Part shown: piece by piece, positions 63,980-64,000 of the stretch | Layout: every line of letters begins with the position of its first letter | How positions within the stretch are numbered: position 1 is the first letter of the stretch | Assembly: GCA_017654855.1 (NCBI GenBank) | Contig: CM030332.1 | Span: 7,688,001-7,752,000, forward strand | Source: Podospora anserina | Lineage: Eukaryota | Direction of reading: 5' to 3' | DNA: 64,000 nucleotides | Position numbers and translations under genes: made by a program | Notes under the pieces: model-generated | Seen by the model: only the letters and a program-made list of their open reading frames with translations | Database searches by the model: none | What the model was told of the DNA's origin: nothing

Positions 63980-64000
63980 GTACGTTCGTTTGCGGGTTGG

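Noticed and set aside
1-64000. CRISPR arrays, rRNA, intact transposons, telomeric arrays
   Set aside because: None seen. All tandem repeats lack unique spacers, and I found no transposase or reverse transcriptase motifs.

Overview
This is eukaryotic DNA with GT-AG spliceosomal introns and RCTRAY branch sites, from a filamentous ascomycete. The gene content and microsatellite-rich intergenic DNA suggest Sordariomycetes/Sordariales (inference). The supplied ORF track ignores introns, so I rebuilt the gene models by hand. Recognisable genes: intron-containing tRNA-Met(CAT), a HAL/PTK2-type Ser/Thr kinase, importin-7-like NMD5/SXM1 (10 exons), RfeG, DNA polymerase eta, the DHYC palmitoyltransferase PFA5, an ASH1-like SET-domain methyltransferase, and the 5' part of LSM7. 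The main novel candidate is a ~710-codon spliced orphan gene at 60016-62270. It is broken only by two in-frame TAG codons that would read as Trp after A-to-I editing, and it carries two ubiquitin-like LRGG motifs, each followed by a basic aromatic segment, so it may be an editing-gated, protease-processed polyprotein. Other notable signals: (a) two stop-free 3n introns in rfeG, plus a downstream non-coding region with a strand-specific UGGAY cluster and a canonical intron; (b) three Cys-rich microprotein genes, two of them split by introns; (c) a tandem pair of small paralogous ORFs sharing PGSIFEFLR through synonymous codons; (d) a symmetric array of GRATCAY/ATGATCC sites with a 20-bp period. 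All identifications come from motif recognition and manual translation; no database search was run.
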